This document shows positions 13,674-27,699 of a stretch of 64,000 nucleotides of DNA, piece after piece (positions within the stretch are counted from its first letter, which is position 1; each line of letters opens with the position of its first letter). Origin of the DNA: Malacoraja senta (Eukaryota); assembly GCA_038087875.1 (NCBI GenBank), contig CM075991.1:12216001-12280000 (forward strand). The letters are read 5' to 3'. Both the position numbers and the translations under genes were made by a program. The notes beneath the pieces are model-generated. The model saw only the letters and a program-made list of their open reading frames with translations, had not been told where the DNA came from and did no database searches.

Positions 13674-14579
13674 CTAATTTAAAGTGACACAATAAAACTA
13701 GCATCAGCTAACTTGAATCTGACTCTAGCAGTTAACTATATTCAATTTTTTTCTAAATTCAATGATGTCTTACTGGACATAATGAGTGTACACTCAAATA
13801 GCCATTTTTCTGAGTGTGAAGAATGGACCCGATCCAAAACTTTGACTATCCATGTCCTCCTGAGATTCTGCCTGACCTGCTAAGTTACTCCAGCTTTGTA
13901 TGATTTACTCCAGATTTCAACATTTGCAAATCCTTGTGTCAGCCATATTTCTTCTGCAGGTTTGGGCAGCCAGTGTTATGTCACCTAACTCTATTTAAAA
14001 GGACGTCTATTTCACCAGATACGCATAGCAAGAGCTCTTGGAAAGGAATTGTACTCAACTTTGATAAACAGACACATTGAAGCCAAGATTTATTTTTTGG
14101 CAACCAGTGGATGACCCCATTTAGATCAGTGCCCAGGACAGGCAGAGATGGGACCAGAAACCAACTGCACAAGCATCCTTCATGATCACAGAAGTAAAAG
14201 ATAAATAAATATAACAGAGGTAAAAACAGTGATTCAACCTATTTACCAATTAGAGGTGAATGAAAATAAACTTTGACACAAACTCTCCCAATTCTTGTAC
14301 GTGATAGTGTAACAAATGGTAATGTCACCTTTCACAAGCAAAATCAAAACAAAATGACCAGTGAGTAATCCCTTCAGCAAAGCTTGAGTCATAGAAGTAA
14401 CAATTCTCTCCTTAAAAAGTCTAAATCTATCTGAAACAAATTGTGCAATTGTTTGTAAAATGCTAAAAGGTTTTTAAGCCTACTTTCATATGAGAATGTT
14501 ATAATCTGTCCTGCAATAAGCAGAGCTAAAAATCAAAGACAAATCTTTTGTGATGAATTCATAGAACTTTAGTGATGAA

Positions 14580-15085
14580 TTCATAGAATTATACAGCATG
14601 GAAACAGGCCCTTCAGCCCAACTTGTCCAATGCCATCCAAAATGCATATCAAAATTAATCCCGGTTGCCTGCATTTGGCCCGTATCCATCTAATCCTTTT
14701 TAACTATGTAACTTGAACTTGAACTAAAAGTATTTTAAATGTTGTGATTGTTCCTGGTTATCTATAAGTACCCACCATTCTCAGTGTGGAGAATTTGCTC
14801 CAAGGGCCCCTCTTTAAATCTTTCCCCTTGCACCTTAAATCTCTGCCCTTTGGTTTTAGACTCCTCGTCCCTGGGTAAAACATTATTTCATCTATGCCCC
14901 TCTTGGTAAAATCACCCCTCAGCCTCCTATCCTTCAGGGAAAACAGCCTGGTCCCAGCCTGTACAATTTGCCTTTGTAACTCATACGTTCCATTTCAGGC
15001 AACATTCTGTAATTTTTTTAATCGGCATCCTCTCTAGTTTAATCATATCCTTTCTATAGCACTGTGACCAGAACTTCACACAATA
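14580..15085 (-). mobile_element. Degenerate CR1 LINE 3' end
   Basis: YCVKFWSQCYRKDMIKLE remnant plus CR1 3' UTR motif (gggctgaagggcctgtttccatgctg). Confidence 0.7.
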
Positions 15086-15346
15086 TACCACTCGACCGTC
15101 GTCCTGCCATTGGCACAGCTGTTCTGACAGCAGGCAGGCGAGGTGTTCTTGTTTTGTGTCCTGAAGCCCCTGGCAAAAGGTGCCTTTGAAGGTGCCAGGA
15201 ACTCTCTGGGGCAGAGGCTCCACGTTAGGGCTGAAGGAGCTACACAAAAAATAATTTTATATTATCACTTTTCATGTAGTCTCAACAATATTTGGATTGC
15301 TTCTTTTGTGTCAATGTTGCATCTATCAACAAACCAATGCTAATCA

Positions 15347-15499
<153 letters not shown>

Positions 15500-18400
15500 C
15501 TACATAGAAGAGTAAGTGTTCTGATAATTACTAAAGAAACCGGCAAATATTTCCTACTACATTTTTAAAACCCTATTGTTCTCAAACATTGAGCAGTCCA
15601 CACCAATACATATCCAAGTAATAATGGTGCAGAGTTACGATACTTCTACTTAAAATATGCATCCAAAAATGTAACAGCTGATATTTACTGACTAACTTTA
15701 TTAAAACAAAAGTTTATTGACTTAAGAGATTAAAAAAATTGTTTAAAAAACAGAATAGAAATGCCAATTATTTGGAGAGATCTTTGTTTAAACATAATGA
15801 AATGATGAGTAGCAATGATTCAAGGAATGTAAAAAATGGAATTAATATATGTTCCAATTGTTACCATTTTGGTCAGGATTATGAGATTCATTTTATTACA
15901 TGGGGTTAAAAAGTTTTGTGTAACCGATTATTGGAATCCATACATATACCTATAAATTGGAGGGAGAAGGAATAGGAAAACAACATGTCAAATGTTGAAA
16001 GAATACATGAAGTTGGGAAAACAAGATTAATTAGCAGCAAATCCATCAGGAACAGGTTTTCAAATAATTATACACCAAATTAATGAAAATATGAAAACAG
16101 GGCTTTCAACTTAACCATTCCACTTCAGCATTTAATTACTACAAACATTTCTCCTCGGCTGATGACTTTGGTGTTTCTTATTGAGACACTGTACACTTGA
16201 TGCAAGATGCACTTTGATCTGCCTGAAACCTTGAGTCAGAGACATATATTGTGCAAACAGGCCCTTCGACTCAACTTGCCCACGCTCACCAATATGCCCC
16301 ATCTACACTGGTTCCAACTGCCTGCATTTGGCCCCTATCCCTCTAAACCTATTTTATCCATGCAGTAGACCAATGTATAGATAAAGATATTTTTGAAATA
16401 AGAAACAGTTGTGAGCAAAAATCCTCGGTGCAAATCATAACATGCTTTCCATCCTGCTCTCCTGAATCATACCAGGATATGGTTCTATGACTAGTGGCAA
16501 TCCTCCAGGGCTTTTCATAGGAGCTTTAATAGTTTGTTCTGGCAGGCCATCTGTGTCCAGAGATCTGATTATATTCTCACCTGGCACACATTCCTATACC
16601 TTCCATTTAAGCAAACAGCAATTTGGAACAAAATTGAGTACCCCAAAACAACAGCACCACAGTTGTGCACTGAATGCGACAATTACATGACATCAATTAA
16701 CTGTTTAGGCTGGCGATTTGTCAAGCAAAAGCAAAAAATGAATAATCACCTGTTATATTTACTCAATTCGTTTTTGGGAAACGAGTAACTATTTTAAAGT
16801 AGCATGAAAGGTCCTTGCATAATTTGCAAAGACAGATATGAACCAATAATCATTTCATAGCAATGAATTGTTATTAAACACAGTTCTCGTTTTATCAAAT
16901 CCAAAGCTAATTTGTTCACCAAGTCTCAAATTCATTCTACCAATTAAATGTGTTTTGCTCAAATAAATTGTTTTGCTGTGACTAGGAACTCATTGAAAGA
17001 AAACGTTCCCAATTATTCATCCAAATCTCCACATTGAACACCCCAACAGACAATTATCAAATTGCAAAAACACCAATCCGACTGACACACAATTGTCATA
17101 TAACTAGACAAAAGGAAAACATGGATGGTGACATCAGGCGAGGTGATTCAGTCAGCTGAGTTAATCCAACACTTTGTGACATTTCACTTTAAAACCAGGC
17201 GTGGTTACCGTAGGGCTCCCTCCCTCCCTTCTCACCTGCTGTCGCTTTCAAGGTAGAATATGTCAGAGGGGGAGGGGACAGCAAGACACAGCAGCAGGTG
17301 AGAAGGGCTCACTGATGCACCTTGCGAATTGAGAGTGGGGTCAGAAGCTGGGACTCTAAACAGCCAGGGAGATGATGGGAGCGGGGGATAGGTTGGCAGG
17401 TCATTCCATTCACATTCAGTTTACATTTTATATATTTTTTAAAGTTTCTAACAATCCTTGGTGCTTTAGAGAAGTGTGTCATTAGTGGGCCAGGGATGTA
17501 TTGTCCTTTCATTATCACATGACCTCTGTTGGCACGGAAAAACAGATAATTCAGAAAGGCTCTGGAACTGTGAAGGAAAACTGATGTTCAACCTGCAATC
17601 CATAAGAGAAACACTTCCTCAAATAGCTTCCCCCACAGCACAGAAAAAGTTGAATGCTTAATTATAAACAAATATTAAACATTAAGATCATAATAAACAA
17701 ATCAATGTGATCTAATGCTGAATCTAAATATCCGATCACCAACAGGTAGCGCCAAAGATAATATTTTCCTTTACAATAATTTGAGAGAGTGTCCCTGAAA
17801 TCATATAAATAGGTAACAATAGAGATACTGGTGTCCGAACTTTTGAAAAACCAGTAAATACCTAGAATTATTCACTCTATCAAATTCTTTTTATTTGTGG
17901 TTTTGCAACCATTAGACCAAATTATTACACACCTGGCAGGACACTGACACTATGAAGAAGTGCCTTGACCTGAAACATCACCTATTCCTTTTCTCCGGAG
18001 ATGTTGTCTGTCCCACTGCGTTACTCCAGCTTTTTTTATCACCTTCAGGACACTTTTGATATTGTCTCCCTTCTGACATCAAGAACTATTCGAAATTAGC
18101 TTTCCAATTTACATTGCCCCCCCGATTAAATATTATAACATTTTTATCCTTCCTTCATTTCTCTATGGTCTCATCCTCTCTGTAATTCTTTAGCCTTACA
18201 AATCTGCAAAAATATATCATAGCAGCCTGGAAAGGCGCCATTTCGCCCATCAGAGAGCACCCACCCATCCATATTAATCCTGTTTTCAGCACTTGGCTCG
18301 TAGCCTTCAATGCCAAGGCAATTCAAGTGCTCATCCACACTTCTCTTAAATGTTGTTAGCGATTGCTTCCACTACACATGCATGTTCCTGCAACAATGAC

Positions 18401-18570
18401 CATCCACAGATTTAATCACATCTCCGCTTTCCACTCAAGGCTGTATACTCTAAAATTAACTGTCAATTTTTTTCTCTGAATAAGTTTCTTCAATTTCACC
18501 TCTGAACAAATGTTTGACCCAATATATCCTCAGACACTTCAATGTTAAACTCATTTGATCATTTATCGTT

Positions 18571-18696
18571 TAAGAAAGAACTGCAAATGCTGGAAAAATC
18601 GAAGACAAAAATGCTGGAGAATCTCAGCGGGTGAGGCAGCATCTATGGAGAGAAGGAATAGGCGACGTTTCAGGTCGAGACCCTTCTTCAGACTGA
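18571..18696 (-). mobile_element. Penelope-like terminal repeat with hammerhead-like core
   Basis: Minus strand CTGAAGA-AGGGTCTCGACCT-GAAACGTC; same repeat follows the PLE ORF end at 57017-57241. Confidence 0.7.
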
Positions 18697-19859
18697 TCAT
18701 TTATCGTGATGCATTTATCATGAAGCTTCTTGGACTTTTTCCTTATTCCTACTTATTCACAAACATGATTTCAAACAATTGTGGTCAATCAATTGGGAGA
18801 ATAGAATCATACAAATAGGTGGATTCATAAGTGAACACATTTCACTGAGCAGTCATCATCTTAAACAAAGCTGAATAGATGATGTTCAGTTTAGTTTATT
18901 GTCACGTGTACCGAGGTACAGTGAATAGCCTTTGTTGCGTGCTAACCAGTCGTCAGAAAGACAATACATGATTACAATCGATCCATTTTCAGTGTAGAGA
19001 TCATAGTTAAAGCAAGAAATGTTGCAGTAGGAATATGAACGATTGTAATATGAGTTTGTAGTTCTGCTTCTGTGGCTAGCACGCAAATAGCTGCCTGGGT
19101 TGGGCACCATCTTGGAAGCATTATTATTCATAACTATACACATGTGTATCTTCTATACACTTTTCCTGAGATATCAAAGGTTAGAATTTAATATGCCTGA
19201 CGATTTGAAAACTAAAATTTAATATTCACTTTAAAATATCATTCAAAATTAGCTGTACTATTGTTCTGTCTGTATTTAATCACAATGTAATTCCACTATA
19301 ATCTACTATATTTAACTCTTAATTGTGTAATCGGTCAGACTTTATTTCAAAAGCTGATGACAAAACAGGAAATGTTGATGCTGCAACTTTACATTACGTT
19401 AATCGCCCTTTAAAGTCAATCGCAGCACAAACTAAATGAAACACTTGAAATAGAGCTCAAGATGCTGCCTTTTGTTTTCATGCTAGGGTATTTTCATTAC
19501 CTTAAAAATAACTTATTTAACCACCTGAACTTCAAAAACAGTGGGGGACAATAGACAACTTCTTGTTTGACATTAAACCTCAATAAGATTTTCGAATGAA
19601 AAAAAAGAAACATCGTCTGTTCATATACACTCAGGAGGTAAGAGAGAGCAAGTAAATCCATCACTTTACCCTTAATATAGACGTTTTAGGAAGTAGTTGA
19701 GTCACTAAATAGATGGAAATCCGATGTTGGGAGTGACATTGGGCAAGACTCGAGGATGAGCTAACTTTGCTGAAAGCAAATACTCCTTTCCACTTGGGAG
19801 GGGTGAGGAGGAATACTTTTCTCTGAGATGTATTATATTTATTAGACACAGGCTATGGG

Positions 19860-20460
19860 GGAAAGCGCGGTTTCGGGGCTGACCGGCGCTCTGCTCTCTC
19901 CCGAGCACCGTCACGTCACCAAATAAAACCGGTTGACTTGAGGTCCGAGGCCTTGGGATGAAAATGACAAGGCCCCGAGGCAGCAGGGAGCCGGGTCTCA
20001 AACCCGCTTTTAAAGCCTTCCCCTGATCCCCAAGGTGCCTGGAAAGCTGGGAGGTCGGTTGATTGTTTGTGTGGTGGAGAAGTGTGGAAGGCCTCGGCCT
20101 CTCCCTCCTTCCATCAGCCGCGTACTCACAGGGTTCTCGGCTGCCCGTCGTCCTCCATCATCATGGTGGTGGGAGCGTCGTGTGAGCGCTGAGGGTTCAG
20201 TGTGTTTACAAAAAAAAAACACAGCAGTCAATGCTTTCTGTTCTCTTCTAGTGTTTAAACTAACACGGTCCTGCCTGGGGGGGGGAAGGGTTTTGTTAAA
20301 GAGGAGAGCGGCGGAGCAGCAGCCGAACAAAGCCAGAAGGAAAAAAAAAATAACTCCACAAACACAGGCAGAGAAGATGGCGGCCTGGCCTGGCGTGGCA
20401 CAGTGCGCCTGCGCGGGCTGTCCAACCAGCGCGGCGCGCGGCCCGCGGCCCGTCACTCAC
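19860..20460 (-). promoter_or_regulatory. TIA1: CpG-rich TIA1 promoter/5' UTR
   Basis: High GC/CpG in an AT-rich context; YY1-type GCCGCCATCTT (~20373-20383) and NRF1-type TGCGCCTGCGC (~20404-20414). Confidence 0.8.
20130..20164 (-). CDS. TIA1: TIA1 coding exon 1
   Basis: accaccATGATGATGG start; MMMEDDGQPRT(L); gtgagt donor; phase matches exon 2. Confidence 0.93.
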
Positions 20461-20512
20461 CACCCACAAGTTGGGCAAAACTTTGCAGAAAGTTTCAACG
20501 CAAGAAGCAAGA

Positions 20513-22054
20513 TGGAAATATGTCAATTATTGTGGCATGCAGTTGAAGCAGAATATATTGCGATATGTTTCTACATTGTTTTATAACCCAGAGATTATTT
20601 TCTTTTTATCTATTTATTATTTATTTATTATTACTGTGACGTACCGTATTATGTTTAAGAAGGAACTGCAGATGCTGGAAAATCGAAGGTAGACAAAAAT
20701 GCTGGAGAAACTCAGCGGGTGCAGCAGCATCTGTGGAGCGAAGGAAATAGGCAACGTTTCGGGCCGAAACGTTGGATATATGTCAATTATTGTGGCATGC
20801 AGTTGAAGCAGAATATATTGCGATATGTTTCTCCATTGTTTTGTAACCCAGAGATTATTTTCTTATTTATTTATTATTTATTATTACTGTGACGTACTGT
20901 ATTATGTTTACGAAGGATCTGCAGATGCTGGAAAATCGAAGGTAGACAAAAATGCTGGAGAAACTCAGCGGGTGCAGCAGCATCTATGGAGCGAAGGAAA
21001 TAGGCAACGTTTCAGGCCGAAACGTTGGAAATATGTCAATTATTGTGGCATGCAGTTGAAGCAGAATATATGGCGATATATTTCTCCATTGTTTTGTAAC
21101 CCAGAGCTTATTTTCTTATTTATTTATTTATTATTTATTTATTATTACTGTGACGTACCGTATTATGTTTAAGAAGGAACTGCAGATGCTGGAAAATCGA
21201 AGGTACACAAAAATGCTGGAGAAACTCAGCGGGTGCAGCAGCATCTGTGGAGCGAAGGAAATAGGCAACGTTTCGGGCCGAAACGTTGGAAATATGTCAA
21301 TTATTGTGGCATGCAGTTGAAGCAGAATATATTGCGATATATTTTTCCATTGTTTTTGTAACCCAGAGATTATTTTCTTATTTATTTATTATTTATTATT
21401 TCTGTGATGTACTGTATTATGTTTAAGAAGGAACTGCAGATGCTGGAAAATCGAAGGTAGACAAAAATGCTGGAGAAACTCAGCGGGTGCAGCAGCATCT
21501 ATGGAGCGAAGGAAATAGGCAACGTTTCGGGCTGAAACGTTGGAAATATGTCAATTATTGTGGCATGCAGTTGAAGCAGAATATATTGCGATATGTTTCT
21601 CCATTGTTTTGTAACCCAGAGATTATTTTCTTATTGATTTATTATTTATTATTACTGTGACGTACTGTATTATGTTTAAGAAGGATCTGCAGATGCTGGA
21701 AAATCGAAGGTAGACAAAAATGCTGGAGAAACTCAGCGGGTGCAGCAGCATCTATGGAGCGAAGGAAATAGGCAACGTTTAGGGCCGAAACGTTGGAAAT
21801 ATGTCAATTATTGTGGCATGCAGTTGAAGCAGAATATATTGCGATATATTTCTACATTGTTTTGTAACCCAGAGATTATTCTCTTATTTATTAATTATTT
21901 ATTTATTTATTATTACTGTGACGTACTGTATTATGTTTAAGAAGGAACTGCAGATGCTGGAAAATCGAAGGTAGACAAAAATGCTGGAGAAACTCAGCGG
22001 GTGCAGCAGCATCTATGGAGCGAAGGAAATAGGCAACGTTTCGGCCCGAAACGT
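20513..22054. repeat. Tandem array, six units of ~253-261 bp
   Basis: Units start at 20513, 20773, 21026, 21287, 21541 and 21794; each is an AT-rich unique part plus half of a Penelope-like terminal repeat. Confidence 0.97.
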
Positions 22055-22119
22055 TGCCTATTTCCTTCGCTCCATAGATGCTGCTGCACCCGCTGAGTTT
22101 CTCCAGCATTTTTGTCTAC
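21971..22119. repeat. Perfect 149-bp palindrome (74-bp arms, centre 22045)
   Basis: Arms are exact reverse complements, which explains the near-identical ORFs on both strands in the ORF track. Confidence 0.95.
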
Positions 22120-23409
22120 GTACTGTATTATGTTCTGTGACAGTACCAGGAAGGAGGCAGAGAAAATTGATGAAAAATCCTGCAGTCCTAACTAAAAATG
22201 AAAATACTTGCCATCTAAAATCTTTTATTAGATGAGTTAGATGTTTACTTACTTCATCATTTATTGTTGGTGACTATACAATAAAACCTCTGGGGCACAA
22301 ATCAAGCCAACGGTGTCTGCGTTTTTAATAGATTCAATATAAGCTTTCAATCCTTATTACTCAGTGTGCAGCACAGTGGCATCACCACCAGAGCTGCTGC
22401 CTCTCAGCTCCAGGGGCCCAGGTTCGATTCTCACCCCTGGCTCTGTCTGCATGGAGTTTGCATGTTCACCCTGTGACGCTATAATTTCCTTCAGGTAAAA
22501 ATGCTCAAGTTTTCCGTTTATTGGTCACTGACACCACTGTGTAAGTAAATGGTTGAATCTTGGTCAGTTTATAGGAAGATAAGACACAAAAAGCTGAAGT
22601 AACTCAGCAGGTCAGGCAGCATCTCTGGAGAAAAGGAGCAGGTGACATTTCGGGACGAGAGTCTATGATATAACCTATAATTTTAATTTGCATAAAACCA
22701 TCCAACACTATCTCTGTACAAGTGACAAGAAGGAAACCAGTGAATAGAAATTGTAATTACCTAACTCCAATTATCTCTTTTCAAATATTCCTCGTGGTTT
22801 CTATGTTAACTCCATGTAGCTGAAATATGGTGCCTTCTGGCCTGTTGTGGCTACTGGCACTCACATTCCCACCATCGATGCTGCCTGAGCTGCTGAGGTC
22901 CTCCAGCACATTTGTGTTTTGCCACGATAAATTCAGCAGGCTTTCTTGAATTGTCAAATAAATTTGTGGAAAATATTTCTGTTCCACAGAACGACTTTTA
23001 TTTAGATAAATGTGACTGCAGACCCATGGTAAAGTATATTTAATCATGTATATTTCTGATTAATGATGCTCCCCAGAGTCCCACATTGAGTATTGATGGA
23101 TGCACATCTGTACCATGCACGGCTGATGGAGGCACCTGCTCCAGGTATCAATGAAATGGAGTTTGAAATCTGAACACCAGAACACTGCCTTGAGGCAAAG
23201 ATCCTTTAATCAATTATTTTACCAATCGAGAAGTTTCAAAAATATTCATTTTTTTCTAACATTCAACCTACATTAATTCCTCTTTTTCATTTCCTTTAGA
23301 GTGATTTTGAAATTTATCACGGTGGAAACTAATGATGACTTTAGCATTTACCCTGGAACAGAGAGCTGTTTTAACGGACCTCTATACAAGGGATATCGGT
23401 TACAGCATC

Positions 23410-23625
23410 CTGTTTCTACCCTCACTAGAACTTAGCACTGGAAGTAATCCAGAGATCACTACCCTGGCGGTCCTCTGTTTAAGATATTTGTAGCCTGTAG
23501 CCATATTGCAGAACCTCCTTCTTTTTCCTACCTATGTCATTTGCGCCAACATGCACAACGACTTCTGGCTGCTCCCCCTCCCCCTTGAGGCTGTCATGCA
23601 GCCACTCCAAAACATCCTGGACCAA
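23410..23625 (-). mobile_element. CR1 ORF1 (SGNH esterase) fragment
   Basis: Minus strand reads VQDVLEWLHDSLKGEGEQPEVVVHVGANDIGRKK. Confidence 0.75.
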
Positions 23626-24294
23626 GTGTCTATCTAGATTCAATCCTGCCACACACTGGACAGGAAAGGCTGAAATCGTTGATTAACGATATTACTCAAA
23701 ATAACTTTTTTTGGACAGGATGTGAGGTGCACTCAGTGGACACGGCAGTGGTGGGGGGGGGGGGGGTTGGAGATGAAGGGAGGGGGTTGGGGGCGCAATG
23801 GGACTGAAGAGGATGAGCCGTAATTCTCACCAAATCACAGCTCGTTTTGCAAAGAAATGCAGAGAATCAAGAATTTTAATCATAAACACTCCTCTACTGC
23901 AGTACCACTTGCACCACAAGGCATGGTATATTTTTTTGCCCTTTACTGTTTATTTATTGTATGTTTATTTGCTGTTTTTTCCAGAGTACTGTACATATTA
24001 CGCCCCTTATTTTGTTGTAGCAGAACATTGGCAATAACAGGCACCACCTCTCTCTCAACCGCCCCCCCCCCCCCTCCCAAAAGAAAAACCTCGGCAGGAT
24101 TCAGTGCCTGCGCCCCAGTTACACCATAACCAGATTTCTTATCTTTGGTGAGATGTATTGAGAGTCAAGAATTCCAGAGACACAAAATAAAAACAGACCA
24201 ATATACAAGATCACGGCTCTTTATTAATGGCTTTTACAATGACCTTTGAAAGGGTGGGTGGGATTTGAGTCACCTGCTGCAAAAGAAAGGGAGG

Positions 24295-25075
24295 TCAAGT
24301 CAAGTCAAGTCAAGTCAAGTGAGTTTATTGTCATGTGTCCCTGGTAGGACAATGAAATTCTTGCTTTGCTTGAGCACAACAGAACATAGTAGGCATTGAC
24401 TACAAGGCATTCTATAAATATATACACAATGGTCAATATACTGATAAAGTGCAAATAACAGTATTGGCTAGTAAAGTTCAGTGTTATGTCCGAGCCAGGT
24501 TTAATAGCCTGATGGCTGTGGGGAAGTAGCTGTTCCTGAACCTGGTCGTTGCAGTCTTCAGGCTCCTGTACCTTCTACCTGAAGGTAGTAGGGAGATGAG
24601 TGTGTGGCCAGGATGGTGTGGGTCCTTGATGATGCTGCCAGCCTTTTTGAGGCAGCGACTGTGGTAGATCCCCTCGATGGAAGGGAGGTCAGAGCCGATG
24701 ATGGACTGGGCAGCGTTTACTACTTTTTGTAGTCTTTTCCTCTCCAAGCCACGATGCAACCGGTCAGCATGCTCTCTACTGTGCACCTGTAGAAGTTCGA
24801 GAGAGTCCTCCTTGACAAACCGACTCTCCGTAATCTTCTCAGGAAGTAGAGGCGCTGATGTGCTTTCTTAATAATGGCATCATTGTTCTCGGACCAGGAA
24901 AGATCTTCAGAGATGTGCACGCCCAGGAATTTGAAGCTCTTGACCCTTTCAACCATCGACCCGTTGATATAAACGGGACTGTGGGTCCCCATCCTACTCC
25001 TTCCAAAGTCCACAATCAGTTCCTTGGTTTTGCTGGTGTTGAGGGCCAGGTTGTTGTGCTGGCACCATATGGTCA
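24295..25075 (-). mobile_element. Rex1/Babar-type LINE, 5'-truncated
   Basis: WCQHNNLALNTSKTKELIVDF...FKFLGVHI...KKAHQRLYFLRRL and LLPSGRRYRS...RFRNSYFP; (CTTGA)n 3' tail. Confidence 0.88.
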
Positions 25076-25419
25076 GGACTTCAGAACAACTCCTTGGTTG
25101 GAGAATATACCCGCTGGTCCTCATGACCCCAACAGGTTAAGTCTTGCTGTCTACATAGACAACCTTTGGAAGGGTACGTACTGAGTAACGTCCTGCACCC
25201 TGGAAGAGCAGTGTCCAGAGTGGTTACAGTGGGTTTCTGGTGACATCTGATCTCTCTCTTTGGAACAGGTTGCAGTCCGTAGTGACGAGGCTTCAATGGG
25301 CTTCTGCTCAATTTTTCCCTCGGCAGCAAAATGTTGGAGGTAGATCATCAGCCATGGGCTTGATGGGCAGGGCAACGCTGAAGATCCCAAAGGCCCATTG
25401 TTTCTCCAAATACTGAGCG

Positions 25420-26720
25420 ATCCTGCACATTCAAATAACAAGGCAAATGCAATGTTAGCATTCATTTCAAGACAACTGGAATATAAACTCAAAAAGCTGG
25501 AGTAACTCTAAAATATATATAAAGAGATGTAATGCTGAGGCTTTTGTAAGGCACTGGTCAGACCACATGTGGAATATTGTGAACAGTTTTGTGACCCATA
25601 TCTGAAGAGGGATATGCTGGTATTAGAGAGGGTTCAGAGGAGGTTTATGAGAATGATTGGATTAACATATGATGAATGTTTGACCGCTCTGGACCTGTAC
25701 TCGCTGGAGTTTAGAAGGATGAGGGGGGGACCTCATTGAATAGTGAAAGGCTGGAAAGGGTGGATGTGAGAGGATGTTTCCACTAGTGGGAGAGAGTCTA
25801 GGACAAGAGGGCACAGCTTCAGAATTAAAGGATTTATCTTTAGAAAGGAGACAAGGAGGAATAAAATTAAAGAGAAGGCATATAACATTGCAAAGGTTAG
25901 TGGGGAAGCTGGAGAATTGGGAAGCTTTTAAAAAAACAACAGAAGGTAACTAAAGGTTGAGAGTGGGCTGAGAAGTGGCAGTTGGAATACAGCATAGCAA
26001 AATGTGGAGTCATGCATTTTGGTAGTAGGAATAAAGGCGTAGACTATTTTCTAAATGTGGAGAGAATTCAGGATTTGGAGGTGCAACGGGACTCGGGAGT
26101 GCTGCTGCAGGATTCCTAAAAGGTTAATTTGCAAGTTGAATTGGTGGTAAGGAAGGCGAATGCAAAGCCAGCAGTTATTTTGAGAGGGTTAGAATACAAA
26201 TACAGGGATGTAATACTGAGGAGTTCCTAGGGCACTGGTCAGACCACTTTTGGAATAGTGTGAGCAGTTTTGGGCACCAAATCTCAGGAAGGATGTGTTG
26301 GTCCAGAGAACATTTACGAGAATGATCTCAGGAATGACTGGGTTAAGATATGATGGCGTTTGGCGGCACTGGGCCTGTACTTGCTGGAGTTTAGAAGGAT
26401 GAGGGGGAAACTCATTGAAACTTACCAAATAGTAAGAGTGGATGTGGAGAGGATGTTTCCACCAGTCGGAGAGTCTTGGACCAGACGCCATAGCCTCAGA
26501 ATAAAAGGACGTACCTTTAGAAAGATGAGAAGGAATTTCTTTAGTCAGAGGGTGGTGAAGCTGTGGAATTCATTGCCACCGATGGAGATGGAGGCCAAGT
26601 CAATGGATATTTTTGAGGCAGAGGCAGGATAATGGGGTCGAGAGGGAAAAATAGATCAGTCATGGTTGAATGGTGGAGTGCACTCGATGGGCTGAATGGC
26701 CTAATTTTGGTCCTATGACC
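25420..26720 (+). mobile_element. Two overlapping CR1 3' fragments
   Basis: LGLYLLEFRRMRGKLIETY...FFSQRVVKLWNSLP, present twice in degenerate form. Confidence 0.85.
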
Positions 26721-27124
26721 AATGAACTTATGACAAGTGGCACTGGCAGAGCAGTTTGAAGACCGACAGCTGTCTACATTGTTGGTGACACAGGAGCTGC
26801 TTCAGACAATGAGAGATCGGGAGCCATGAATATGCTGCCAGTGAGTGTTCTACAACTGTTTGTAAGGTCTATCTCGTGGGGAATTGCAGAGGAAGGATAC
26901 CCAAGTAAAGGTCTTACCTGAAGTCCCGAGCAATGTCCCATATCAGGCACGGGAAGGCAGTTCAGCGGAGAAGCAGCTCAGTCTATTCTTAGTAGCACCA
27001 CATCGTCCTCAGGAATACAGAAGAGTCGGGAGCGATGAAGCTTCTACATGTTTCCCTTGGTCCATGGCCATCTCTTCAGATCTTGTCCTTTGGTCAATCT
27101 CAGGTCAATCGGAGGCTGATGATC

Positions 27125-27327
27125 ACCCTGATGAGCCCAGCCTGTGAATGCAGAGCAGAACAACAGACAGCCAACCATGTCATCTCTGGGTGCCCGCTCT
27201 ACCACCCACCAAATGGAGCTCAGGACCTGGCAGACATTGACGCAGAGACAACAACCTGGCTGCTCAACACCCAGCTTGAGATCTAACTATTCCTTTGGTT
27301 TATGTTTCATTCGCAAGAAGAAGAAGA
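27125..27327 (+). mobile_element. 3' end of a non-LTR retrotransposon (Vingi/RTEX-like zinc knuckle)
   Basis: SPACECRAEQQTANHVISGCP...TWL-stop followed by a (GAA)n tail; family assignment uncertain. Confidence 0.6.
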
Positions 27328-27699
27328 CCCTGGAAAAAGTTCAATCTCTTCCCTTCTTTGTTCTCCCGCGGTCAGGGGCTTCAAGACTTCCGTTGACGGG
27401 GCGATCTTGGCTCCCGTAGCCGGCGGTCGGGCCCTCCTCGTCGGGGTGATCAAGCTCCTGCATCGGGGGGGATCTCAGCTCCCCCGCGCCAGGCGATCAG
27501 ACCACGGGTTGGGGCTGGTCGAACCTCCTGCGACTTTGGACCTTCCCGACATCAGTCTCTCCCCGAGATTGCGAGCTCCTTGATGTTGAAATCCGCAGGC
27601 CGCTGTTGGAGTGTCGATCCCAGGCAAGGGATCGCAGGCTCCGATGGTAAGTCCAAGGCCCTGCGGTGGGGCTCAAAGTCAGTCTCGAGCAAGGTCTCC

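Noticed and set aside
15086..15245. GC-rich coding-looking segment in TIA1 intron 2 behind an acceptor-like site
   Set aside because: No clear donor and no recognisable protein
20513..22054. Tandem array as a retrozyme or CRISPR-like array
   Set aside because: Units lack the CUGANGA half of the hammerhead core, have no unique spacers, and the context is eukaryotic
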